From contig NC_087436.1 of assembly GCF_036321535.1 (NCBI RefSeq), positions 20,214,001-20,278,000 on the forward strand: 64,000 nt of DNA. Reading direction: 5' to 3'. This document shows positions 24,356 through 35,867 of this stretch, one piece after another (positions within the stretch are counted from its first letter, which is position 1; each line of letters starts with the position of its first letter). The position numbers and the translations under genes were made by a program. The notes below the pieces were generated by a model that saw only the letters and a program-made list of their open reading frames with translations, did no database searches and was not told where the DNA came from. This DNA comes from Camelus dromedarius (lineage: Eukaryota).

Positions 24356-24708
24356 TGGTTACTGTAGATTGGATGTTTGTGTCCTCTCAAAACCCATATG
24401 GTGAAAACTAGTCCCCAATATGATAATATTTGGAGGTGGAACCTTTGGGAGGTGATCAGTTAGATTTTGAAGGTGGAGCCCTTGTAAGTGTGATTAGTGC
24501 CCTTATAAAGAGGCCCTGGAGACCCTCCTTCCCCTCTTCCACCATGTGAGGACATAGCGAAAATATGGTGGTCTATGAACTAGGAAGTGGGTCCTCACCA
24601 GATACTGTGATCTTGGACTCTCCAGCCTCCAGAACTGTGAGAAATATGGTCCTATGGCTTGTAAGCTACCTATTATAGTATTCTGTTACAACAGTTTGAA
24701 CTAAGACA
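24356..24708 (+). mobile_element. MLT1A0-type MaLR solo LTR
   Basis: atgtttgtgtcctctcaaaa...gattagtgcccttataaag...ccagcctccagaactgtgagaaat...aactaagaca. Confidence 0.88.
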
Positions 24709-25684
24709 ACAATAGATTTAAAACCAACCATTTTGATAATTACATTAAGTGTAACAAGGCTAAACACCCAATTTAAAAGTCAGAGATTGTCAGATTGGAT
24801 GAAAAGCAAGACCCAACTGTATGATGTCTACCAGAAACCCACTTGACTTATAAAGACATGTAAATCAAAGTACAAGGATAGAAAAATACATACTATGCTA
24901 AAATACATTTTATAAAAGCTGAGCGGCAGCCTGCTGATCAAACCGTGATGACAATGGTGATCAGCAGTATAGTGATGATGGTGTCTTTATATTTGAAAGC
25001 GTATTATAAAAGCACCGAAGGGATTGTAAAAGGCTGTTTCAAATTAGCATAGAACAGCCTTGCCTTAGTTATCCAGTAGTTTAGGTTCCTGTTATGTTAG
25101 CCTAATATGGTAAATAATAAGTGTTATGATTCAGCTGTAGAAAGCTACCCCTGGTCAAGTTGGCACTAGCAAGAATTGTTTCAGGAAAGTCTCCTTGTGG
25201 TGCTCTCCTGGTAATTCCCCAGGAATCAGCACATTGTATCCAGACAAAGAAACAGAATATTCCATTTCAAGTGTCTTTCCAAAGAAGCAGATGACCACAA
25301 ATTAAGGAATGTGTCTTGTAGTTACAAGGTCAATCCTCTGTTATGGGCATTTCAAATGAGTAAAGGCTCATCATGAAGCCTTCCTGGAATTCTCACCTCC
25401 AAATGGAGGTAGATTACATGGGCCCTTCCGGGAATAGAACCAAAACTGTTAGAAATGCATAAAAAGCAGAGAACGGTCATGGTTGAGTCACCCAGGGAGG
25501 TATTTTATAGAAGTTCCTTTGGAAGTAAACTCTACTTTCCTTTGACCTTTTACATCTTTACTATAACATATAAAACAAAGTAGGTAACAGTAACTGTCAT
25601 GTCTGTGGAGATGTGATAAAGATCAGTTATTTTTAGAAAATTGAAAAAAGGCCCAAGCCAAAAAAGGGAGAGTGAGAATATCAA

Positions 25685-25940
25685 AACAACCATTTTTGAG
25701 ATCTTTCTTACTATTTTTCAGGTTTGCAAAGCACTTTACATTCATTCATCACCTTATGGAACCCTTAGAGTAATCCTTAGAAGGAAGTATTATTTCCATT
25801 TTACAGATGAGCAAAGTGAGACTCAGAGAGATGCAGTGTCTTATCTAAGATTGCACACCTAGTAACTGGTGAAGTCTGAATTCAGATCCTGAATTCAAAG
25901 ACCCGCCCCCCAAAATTTAACCACCCTGAAACACTGTCTC
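25685..25940 (-). mobile_element. MIR SINE
   Basis: tccattttacagatgagcaaagtgagactcagagag core. Confidence 0.8.
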
Positions 25941-26371
25941 TGGAGTGCTGCCTACTAACGCCTTTCCCAAAAATGTGGAGCTCAGGGTGCCCTCACTTGA
26001 AGATCCAACTTCACTTCCCCCTAGTCATTTGCATTTAAAATACATGGCTCCATTTATTAGCCCATAAATATACCATAACTCTTAAGTAGATCAGTGGTAT
26101 GCTGATTTCAAAATATTTCTAAAATCACGTTTTACACACTTCATTCCTATGCCTTTGTGCTTTTTTTTCTTATCAAGTTTATGTCTTCCTCTAAGTTAAC
26201 TGTTTCTTTTTACTTTAGCTTCTTCCTAATATTCACAAAGTCATCAGTTTGACATGCTATTTACATTTTTCTAAAGGATATTAAACATCTGTAATTATAA
26301 AAATACAGCTCTTCCCCAGAGATCCCCAGAGATGATAAAGAACACATCCCTGCTCCCTTAAAGTTGATTTT

Positions 26372-26504
26372 TAAAAAAATTAATTAATTTATTGGGGGGA
26401 TAATTATGTTTATTTTATTTATTTCTTGATGGAGGTACTGGGGTTTGAACCCAGGATGTCGTGCAGGCTAACCAGGCACTCTGCCGCTGATCTATATCCT
26501 CCCC
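26372..26504 (-). mobile_element. Vic-1-like SINE
   Basis: Body present; TSD taaagttga(t/g)ttt starting at 26359 and 26506. Confidence 0.9.
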
Positions 26505-29169
26505 GTAAAGTTGAGTTTTCATTTCAGCCTCACCCAACCAGTGGGACATTTCCCCAGTTTTCAGAATCTGAAAACTTCTGCCCTCACATGGTGGAGTTTA
26601 CCATCAAATGATCCAGAATACCAGGTCCTGAGACTGTCCCCTTACCCACCCTCATTTAGGGTTCAGACACTTGTCCCATGTCCCTGCTGTCTCTCCCCAG
26701 ACCCAAGAAGGGTCTCTACTCAGGACCGCTATAGCTCCTTTCTCATCTTCAAAATCTTTCCCATTGAGTCATTTCTCTAGGGCACATCACAATTTGCTTA
26801 TCTTATCCATGCCAAGTGTTAATAAATTAATGCAACACTCCTCGCAGGTAAAATAGTGGCATGTTAATTGAACTTTCTGGAGGCCATCTTATGGCTCCGA
26901 AGGTGGAACTCCAGGTATTTTGAAAGCCTGTGGTGAGACAGTCCTTCAGACCATCACATCAGATACGTGGCCCGTATCGTCCGATCCTATCTCCTCCAGG
27001 TATTCTGAGGCCCTTGATAACATGACTAAGCATGGAATTTCACCCCTGTGATATCCCGGAGGGGCTGGTTTGGATCTCTTTCGATTGCAAAAGCTCTCAT
27101 TTTTAAACAATGCTCTCTCCTGTCCACAAATCCAGAAGTTACCATGCTATTTGAGAAAATTTATCATCACTGTTTTAACATATGCTTAATAATAATAAAG
27201 ACATTCCCCCAGTATTACATCATTGTCAATAAGTAAAAATATATGTATATATAATAATTATGTATCATTTGACAAAGTTAACTTCGCCTAACTTCGTTTC
27301 AGTGATCAAAGTACAAAGTTTTCACTCCTGGGGATTCCGTAGACCCAAGTTTCATGCTTGAAGATTGGAAGAGGAACAGAATGACTTCCTCTATTAACCT
27401 GAAAGAGGAAACTGGGACCTGACCTAGAATAGCCATGTGAAGTCTGAGACAATTTCACATTTATTCCCAGAAAAAGCAATAAAAATATGAAATATCAAAT
27501 GCAGTTGGGGAAACACGATGCAGCACTATTTGTGTCCTCGATCTTGAAACCTGCCTTTCTGTGCGTACGTGCGGTTCAGCAGCTGCCCCCACCCCCAGCG
27601 CAGGAACTGCGCGTATGTTCGCTCCCTCTTCTTCCTGCAGGGCGCATCTGCGAGTCTGCGTGTTTTTTACTTTTACACGTTGCTGCTAAAAGAACAACCA
27701 CAGGGGGTGAGAGAGGGCTGACCAAAAGGAGTTGGAACTGGCCCCAGACATTCGACTATGTCTTGGCATCTGGGAAAGGACGAAGCTTTTTATTATTAAG
27801 GATAGTAATGTTCTCGCTGTTCCCTGAACACACGCTGTCTTGAGCAGCTGTGTGTCCCGGGAGCCCTTTTCTTGCCAGGGGAACTGTCTCAATGCGTCTT
27901 AACACCTTTTTCATCAAAGAACTCAGAAATACTCAATCAGATTTTTCCTTTCCGGCTAAAGACGGACATGTTGAGAACTGTATAACTTGCTCCAGCATTC
28001 TTTCACTAAATATGAAAGTGTCCCATTCCTCATAAGTGTAGAGTTGATTCTCTTTCTTTAAGTACCAACGTGGGGAAAATGTTGGTTAAAATTTATGTCT
28101 TTCTTCCTAGAGTCCTCTGTCTGAAAAGTCCACATTTGTGACTTAAATATGAAGTGCTGGCATTATTTCAAGCAAATGGGAATTTGTAAGTCTGTAGCCA
28201 CCTTCTTCACAAATATAATTTAAAATAATGCTATTTATATATATTTTCCCCCCAAGGCAGTCCTCCTCACATTTTACCATTTGAACAAAGACAGTTTTTC
28301 AACATATTGGGATTAATCAAGAATAATTATTACCCAAATTCTTACAGCTCTAAGACGGGCAAAACGGCAGCTGGCGTCTTTCTATTGATTTACACCACAA
28401 GGTGCGATATAAGCACTATTTCCCATCAACTCGTGGGGAAGTTGTTGTTGTGTCAGAGATCTTCCAAGATGTTCCCCAGGCAGTGAGTCAATACTCCATC
28501 ATTGTCTTTCGCGTCTAAATGTGAAGGTATTGGTATTTTCTGAGCTCATATTCTATGCCTGACACTGTGTTGGGCAAAGGAGAGTAAGACAGTTCATGCT
28601 CTCAAAAAAGGTTTCCCTGCCCCCCAAAACAGAGAAGCCAAGCATCTGCCAAGCCAATTTGTTGAATGACAAGTTCCACAATGCCCCTCGCAGGGTGGTT
28701 GGGAGGAATGGCAGGACAGCGACAGGTAGAAGTGAGAGGCAGGCATCCCCTTCTCCTCTGAGGAAGGTCTGAGAACCTCTGCTACATTTGAGCAGGCTTG
28801 AGTCAAGACAGCACGGGCGGGTCAGCCGCACACAAGCCATCACGGTTCTTCAGTTTCTTTTGGCCGCAAGCACTGCCTGAAACTGAATGAAGCAAGAGGC
28901 ATGTGTTATTCAGGCTCTCACCTACGCCCGAACACAGTCAGCATCACTGTTGCAAGGCACATTAGACCACCTGTTTGGTTTTCACCTGTTGTCTCTTAAC
29001 TGCAAGCTTCCCTTCTCATCTATTTCCCAGAGTCCCTGGAGGGAGGAGGGGTTGGTACTTGTTTCTTTGGTCTCCCCACAATTCCTTAGGGGGTTCTCAG
29101 CACAGCTGGGGCTGGAGATAGCTTTTCTTCGGTTGGCTCTCAAAGGAGTATTTGTACCTTGCCCTGGAA

Positions 29170-29342
29170 CCGTGTTTCAAAAAAGATGTCACCCAGGAGG
29201 GATTTTTGTTAAAAAAAAAATAAAGATTTCTGGATACACCCACATTTGCTGATCCAGAATCTCTAGAAATGGGGCTTGGAATGAACAGGTTTACCATCTT
29301 TTAAGGTCATTGTTTACATACTGAAGTCTGGGGAAAAGTCTA
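29170..29342. mobile_element. MER5-type hAT MITE
   Basis: tcacccaggagggatttttgttaaaa...cagaatctctagaaatggggcttggaat. Confidence 0.65.
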
Positions 29343-29731
29343 CTAAGATGTAGCTTGTAGGGACTCATTTGGATCCAAGGGACTCAGGGAATATACTCAA
29401 TATTTATAGGAGAATGAAGGTGCAGTGAAGGGTGCCAGGTTCCCAGGAGGCAGGAAGACCTGGTGGGCGACACTGCTGCATTCCCTCAGTTAGTCACGCC
29501 AGTGAGTCAATATTCATTTGATTAGATAAGCTTCACTCTTTCAGTACATAACTTTCTCCTTGGGTTCTGGGAGGAGACATCAGTCAATTACACTTTGGTG
29601 TGAATTAGTCTCAGTCTTATTAGCTTTGTCTGCTTTAAAGAAGAGAATGGGGTAAGAGGAGAAAAAAAACAAACTTGAGAACTCGAGTGTTAGCCTACTT
29701 AGTGTGTCTCTCATGGCTCAATTTAAAATTT

Positions 29732-29732
29732 G

Positions 29733-29764
<32 letters not shown>

Positions 29765-29820
29765 CACACACACACATACATACATACATACATATACAAA
29801 ATGTGGGTGTATATATATAT
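29732..29820 (+). repeat. Compound (TA)n(CA)n(TACA)n microsatellite
   Basis: Directly visible. Confidence 0.9.
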
Positions 29821-29832
29821 TCCTAAGAAGAC

Positions 29833-30305
29833 TGTCTGGGAGAGTCAGTTTTATGTGACAAGTTGATGAGGCTGTAGTACCTAGTTATTTAATAAATGAC
29901 TAATCTAGATTGTGAAGGTATTTTGTACATGAGGTTGAATCCCTTAACTTTATTTTTTACTTTCTTTTTTTAATCAGTTAACTTTAAGTAAAGGAGATTA
30001 GCTCTGACAATCTGGGTGCACCTTATCCAATCAGTTGAAAGAGCTTAAGAGCAAAACTGAGGTTTCTCGGAGAAAGCAGGAATTCTGCCGTAAGATTGCA
30101 GCGTCAGCTCCTGACATGACAAAGCGTTTCTGCCAGCCTGCCCTACCGATTTCAGACTTAGCTCCACAATCATGTAAATCCTTTGAAATCAGTCTCTCTC
30201 CATAATATCATATATTTACATATATAAAATATCCCTTTATATTATATATGATATGTGCCATTGTATCCTGCTGGTTCTGTTTCTCTGGAGAACCCTGACC
30301 CATAC
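29833..30305 (+). mobile_element. MLT2 (ERVL) solo LTR
   Basis: ttttatgtgacaagttga...ccttatccaatcagttgaaagagcttaagagcaaaactgagg...ggttctgtttctctggagaaccctgacccataca. Confidence 0.88.
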
Positions 30306-31559
30306 ACCATCTTACAAATTTCTCTTTTCCTATCTTAACAAAAGGGAGGTGGAAGGAGTGGGGAGGTGGGGGGGGCGTGATTCTCAGGAGGGAGAGGAAC
30401 GCAACATCTGTGCTTTGCACTCCTGCCTTCGAGGAAGAGGGCTGGGATGCAAGACAAGTGAGCTCCCCGCTCTAGCAGACCAACAAGGGTTCTTAGGTGG
30501 AAGGACAGGTAGACTCCTTTCATTTCCAACAAGCTTCCCAGAGATGCCATCTGACCCTGACTTGAGTACCAGTCCCACGCTCTGCCCCAGCTTCCAAACC
30601 CACTTCGTTGCATCCTTCACCTGCAGAACCATGTGAGGGAGGATGGGGCAAACAGCTCACCGGTGGACATTAGCTGATTTCACAGTCTGGGACCCTGAAA
30701 TGGACACTCCACTTGATCCCCACTCCGGCTCCATGCCCCTGTTAGCTCCCAAGATTTTTTTTTTTTAACAAAACTGCAGTTTTCCTGGTTGAAGGCCAAA
30801 AAAAGATCTATGAAAATTGCTTCCCTTTGAAAAATCTTCCTGATAGCAGGTGAACTAACCTTTAAAGCTCTATTTTGCTGGCCCCTGAATAACAACCTTA
30901 GAATCCAGAAATAACTTGTCATGTGTGGTTTCCTAAGCCTGCTCCCTACAACAGGGCCCATTAAAAACTCACCTTATTGAAATGGAGTTGGAGCAAAGAT
31001 GCTGCTTTTGTTTGCTATGCTTGTTAGGTTCCTGAAGGTGCTGACACTACAGAAATCTTAGAAAGGAAGAAGTACCCTAGGTCAGCGGTATTTGCTCAGC
31101 CGAGGTCATTCATCTTATCAAAAACCAAGGATGGTGTCCATTCCACAACTCCTACTGCCCCCCTCGGTAGGTGAGGTCACCAAGCTATTTGGCAGGCAAG
31201 GGTTCAGCAATTATAAGAGTTGGCAACAATTAAAGGAAATAAAAGCTGATTTTCAAAAATCATCTTAGCCCCAGTGGTTTCCTACTGTAAAGAATCTCTC
31301 AGTGTATCACCTCAGAGCCTTTAGATTTCATGTTGAGATATGTTTTGGGCATTGCTTTTTCCACTTAAGAATTTAATGTAAGGTTTCACATAAGAAAACT
31401 ACAAAAGGATTTGGCACTGACTTCTGGAATTTATCCAGAACACAGCCTGTATTGTGTTCCACAGCAATTTATCTGCTTAACAAGTACCACAGCTAGTAAA
31501 TGGCAGAAACAGGATTTGAACCACCCTCTGCTTAAGATCAAAGCCCATGTGCATTCTTT

Positions 31560-31638
31560 TTTTTTTTTTTAATTGACATATAGCTGATTTATAATATAAT
31601 GTTAGTTTCAGATGTACAATATAGTGGTATAAAATTTT
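31560..31638 (-). mobile_element. Short L1 3' terminus
   Basis: Poly-T then aattgacatatagctgattt...ttagtttcagatgtacaa; TSD ccat(g/a)tgcat(t/g)cttt. Confidence 0.75.
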
Positions 31639-33149
31639 TCCATATGCATGCTTTCATTCACCCATTGAACAGAGCCTTATTAATCACTCACTCAGTACCA
31701 GGCACTGTGTTATACATGTCACATCATCGGAAAAAAAAAGATTAAGAAGGAATAGTGATGGTGCCTGCCCACACCTACCTCCCACCAACTGAAAGTGATG
31801 GAAAAGTTCAGCTCCCAAGGCGACAACAGTTAAGAAAAATCTGTGACTACACCTATTTACAGATAAGACATATCTCTCAGAAAGTTGATCTATTCCTCTA
31901 TTTTCACAATTTCACAGTCCCAGTCCACTTCTCCCCTTTGATTTCCTAAAATATTTGATCTGGAACAATCCCCACATTCGGGTGAAACACGTATCCTCAT
32001 TGTATAAGATTTAACCATGCAGGTGGACTGAACAAGATATTCAATGTCTAGAAATCAATCTTCTTCAATAATCAAAAATTTGGAGAATACTCCATGCATG
32101 AACATCTTTACCATCTTGTAATTTATAATTAAAAATTAGGAAGATTGAGTAAATTATGGTATTCTGCCATCATTAAAAAAGAATAGTTTTATCTATGATT
32201 CATCACATGAAAATTGTTATGAGATAATATTAAGGGGAAAAAAGCACTCGAAAGTACTAAATATATACGTATATGATGAAAACCACTTCTGTGGGGATGT
32301 ACTCCCAAAAGACAAAAACGTACCAAGATGATAAAAGTGATTGTTTTAAAATAGTAAGGCATGTATTAAGATGATATTAAGATGATGGTGTTCCCTTAAT
32401 TTTTAAACATTCTTTGTAGAGAAAATAAAATTTAAAAAAATTTAACACCTTGGTAGTAGATAGGACCCTCCATGGTAGAGGACTTGATGGCAATTTCTAT
32501 CCCAGTTTCTGGGGGAAGGATGTGGCACTGGAGGCAAATTAAAAACAGGTAATGAATAGAGGGAAGTCTAGCGTTGATGTGGTTACTACTCTATGTGCCA
32601 TTCCTTCACAGGCGGAACACTTTAATTTTAATTGCCATTTGTTTTCCTTGTAGAGTGTTTTCTGTTTTATCTTAACACAATGACGGGAGAGACACCATTC
32701 CTTGCCAAAAGCAATCTAGATCTTCTAAAACTCTCTTGCTAATGGAGTATCTTATCTCCCTGAAGCCAGAGAACTGGGCCAAATGGTTTCTTGAAATCTC
32801 TTTCTGCTTTGGGGTCTAAGCTTCGGTGATTTTACAGTGTCACTGTCCCGACAGCCCGGTAACCCTGCTTTGACTTCATACCGTTTCAAGGAAATAGCTG
32901 ACTTATCAAAACAGAGCTGGGAATATTGCAAGCGCCCTGGAGATATTAGTGAGAAGTAGGGCTGCTCTCTGGTCGCAAAGCTGGAAGTTCAGAAGGAGGA
33001 CTTCTTCATAATGGATGATGTCAATCATAAGAAATCCCATTTTGGAAAAAAACCAAACAATTGGATGAGAAACTCAGTTCGAGAAACACTGGCCAGAAGT
33101 TTAGATGTTGCTTTTATAGATCTCCACTTAAGAGTTGTATCATTTTTTA

Positions 33150-34240
33150 AAAACTCTCTTGGAGTTCAGTTAGGCAATATGTAGCAAAGCCTTAAAAATG
33201 TTCATGCCCCTTGACCAAGAAATTCTAGGACCTAGGAACCCATCTACAGGAGGCAATCAGATAGGCTGGAAAGAAACAGGTGTACTAGAAAATCTACCTG
33301 TTTAAAATAGCAGTGTCGACAACATCAGAAATGACAGCTCTAGTAATCAGGGTTTCTCCAGAGAAACAGAACCAATAGGACAACAGAAGATGGATATACA
33401 TAAAATATACCTATTTTATATATATATATATATACACACACACATATCACATATACAGTATATATAGTGAGGAATTGGCTCATATGATTACAGAGGTTGA
33501 GAAATCCCGCAGTCTGCCCTCTGTAAGTTGGCGACCCATGAAAAGTGGTGGTGCAATTCAGTCAGAATCCAAAGACCTGAGAACCAGAGAGGCTGAAGGT
33601 GTAAATCCTGGTCCAGGGGCAAGAGAAGATGAGATGAGATGAAATAAGATGAGATGTTCCAGCTTTAGCAAGCAGGCAGAAAAAGGGGCAAATTCCTCCA
33701 TCCTCTGCCTTTTGTTCTACTGAGGCCCTCAATTGATAAAATAAGGCCCACCCACACTGGGGAGAGCAGTCTACTCAGGGAATTGATTCAAATGCTTATT
33801 TCATCTGGAAACACTTTTACAGGCACACCCAGAAGTAATGTTTAATCTGGGCACCCCATGGCTCAATCGAGTTGATACATAAAATTGACCATAACAACAA
33901 ATGGAAACACTCCAAATGCCCAACAGTAAATTATCGTATTTCACACAATGGAATACATATGGCCATTCAGAATGATATTGTACCTCTATTCTTAGTGATG
34001 CTGATGAATTTTCATAACATATTAAACAATACAAAAACTGGAAGAGAATGTGATCTCTAGTACAATCCTGAAAAATGCACACATTTGCTGGGGTAGAAAT
34101 CTAAAAGGATATGCACCAAAATGTTCATAGTGATTTTTTTTCCTGGGAGTTTTGGATTTTTGCTTGGCTTTAGTTCAATATGTATTTTTAATTTTTGCTC
34201 ATTTATACTTCTAATATTTCTACATTTCTCTTGCAATTAT
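33150..34240 (+). mobile_element. Old L1ME-type relic interrupted by MLT2
   Basis: ggcaatatgtagcaaagccttaaaaatgttcatgccccttgacc; atggaaacactccaaatgcccaacagta resumes after LTR. Confidence 0.7.
33341..33896 (-). mobile_element. MLT2 (ERVL) solo LTR
   Basis: cagggtttctccagagaaacagaaccaatagga...ttgatacataaaattgaccataaca. Confidence 0.9.
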
Positions 34241-34791
34241 AAAAGAGATTTAAAATCAGTCTTTTTCAAGTGTTTAAATTTTTTTAAAAATTAAAAAAAA
34301 ATCTTGAACTATCTGGTGTGTGCTACTTCTATAAGTGAACTACTGACACCCTGAGAGTCCTGAAGGCCAGGTAAGGAAGGGTGGACTTTATCCTAAGGGC
34401 CAGGGGAAATCGTGCAAAGACTGAGATGTACAGAAAAAAAAGGGAGCAAGGGGGAGAGATTCCTGGGAGGTCAAGTGAGAGATGCGGGTGGCTGGTAGTG
34501 GAGGTGGGGAAAGAGGGAAAAAAACCAGAGAAATATATAGGAGATCTGGAGGTCTAGGGAGAAAAAAGTCATAGCCAAGCCTTGGTGGACTTCGATTTAA
34601 CTGATATAGGAAAGTAGATGCCACAGATTCGAGTTGGTAGGCGGAGTCTAGAATAGCCGTGAAGGCTTACGAGACGAGGCTTCGGGAGCTCTGATTACAC
34701 AGACTATCCATGGGTCTTGGTAGGTTGGTAGGCAAGTCCAACATCTGGGCAATCAACAAGGGTATGGGGAGCAAGAAATTACTAGGTCTTA

Positions 34792-35074
34792 TAGAAAACA
34801 AACTTATGGTTACTGGGGGGAGAGGGGTTGGGGAGAGGTAAATTGGGGGTTTGGGATTAGCAGATATACACTACTACATATAAAATAGATAAACAACAAG
34901 GTCCTGCTGTATGGCACAGGGAACTATATTCAATACCTTGTAATGGCCTATAATGAAAAAGAATATGAAAAAGAATATATATGTTATGTATAAATGAATC
35001 ACTATGTTGTACATCAGACATTAACACAACATTGTAAACCAACTATACTTCAATAAAAAATTGATTTAAAAAAT
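34792..35074 (+). mobile_element. Young L1 3'UTR
   Basis: agaaaacaaacttatggttac...; TSD gaaa(t/c)t(a/g)ctaggtctta at 34775-34791 and 35075-35091. Confidence 0.93.
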
Positions 35075-35499
35075 GAAACTGCTAGGTCTTAGTTCAAGTG
35101 TGATGAGCAAAGGCACAAGGAAATTAAAAAACAAGACAAAACCTCTTCAATCAATGGATAGAAAAGTAGATTTTCCAAAACCATATAAGTAAAGAAGAAA
35201 GTCAAGATTTGAACCCAGGGCTGTCACAGTTCCTCTTCAGTGGTCCTTTCTTGACTACAAAGTGACGAGCAAAACAATTGGGTAGAAAGCAAGCAGACTC
35301 TGCATTAAGATCTGAGGACACAACTGTGCTCAGAGCTGGTCTTACTGCTGGGCTCATTAAATATATATTGAATGAATCAGTTATTGTTATTATTACTATT
35401 TCTGCATTTGTCCCTTAACTAGGTCGTCAGCTACATCTTGCCATGCTTTCTCCTTCCTTCTCTGCACTTTGGCCATGTTGTCCTTTCACCTACTCTGAT

Positions 35500-35640
35500 G
35501 TGAGGATTTAAATGCTGCAGGAGCCAGACAGGTAAATGAGTGCAGCAGGCCCAGTGGGATGGACTGATAAACTGGAAAAGCTCACGTCAAGTCTGAAGAG
35601 GGTGGCGGCTCCCCTCTTTCTTCCCACTGTCTGCTGCATT
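35500..35640. mobile_element. MER102-like hAT relic
   Basis: aaatgctgcaggagccagacaggtaaatgagtgcagcaggcc...aaactggaaaag resembles recalled MER102. Confidence 0.55.
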
Positions 35641-35867
35641 AAACCCTAAGCTCTAGGAGGGCGGAGTTCAAGTGTGTTTTTATTCATCACTGTGTTCTTA
35701 GCTGAGTACCTGACACTTAATAAACACTCAGGAGATGCTTGGGGATAGATGAATGGCTGGATGCCAGGATGTATAACTGAATCATGGCAGAAGCCATGTT
35801 CCAAAGCACGGCAGTGACTGAGAACCTTCTCGCTCTCCAATGCAAGGTAAACACAGGCCTTCATAAT

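Larger units (their letters stand above)
22600..24925 (+). mobile_element. Old L1M ORF1 to ORF2 endonuclease start, interrupted by two MaLR LTRs
   Basis: aacagcagattagatacttcagaagaaaag (ORF1 coiled-coil region); 24735-24845 ataattacattaagtgta...agattgtcagattggatgaaaagcaagacccaact decayed endonuclease N-terminus. Confidence 0.82.

Noticed and set aside
23283..24708. Paired MLT1A LTRs as one provirus
   Set aside because: Opposite orientation with continuous L1 sequence between them
27695..27712. CTCF-like motif accacagggggtga (and tgaccagaggggca near 17651)
   Set aside because: Spacing does not fit the CCASYAGRKGGC core; unsupported without a matrix scan
29833..33896. Two MLT2 LTRs as one provirus
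   Set aside because: Opposite orientation, different sequence types, and the second is nested in an L1ME; independent solo LTRs
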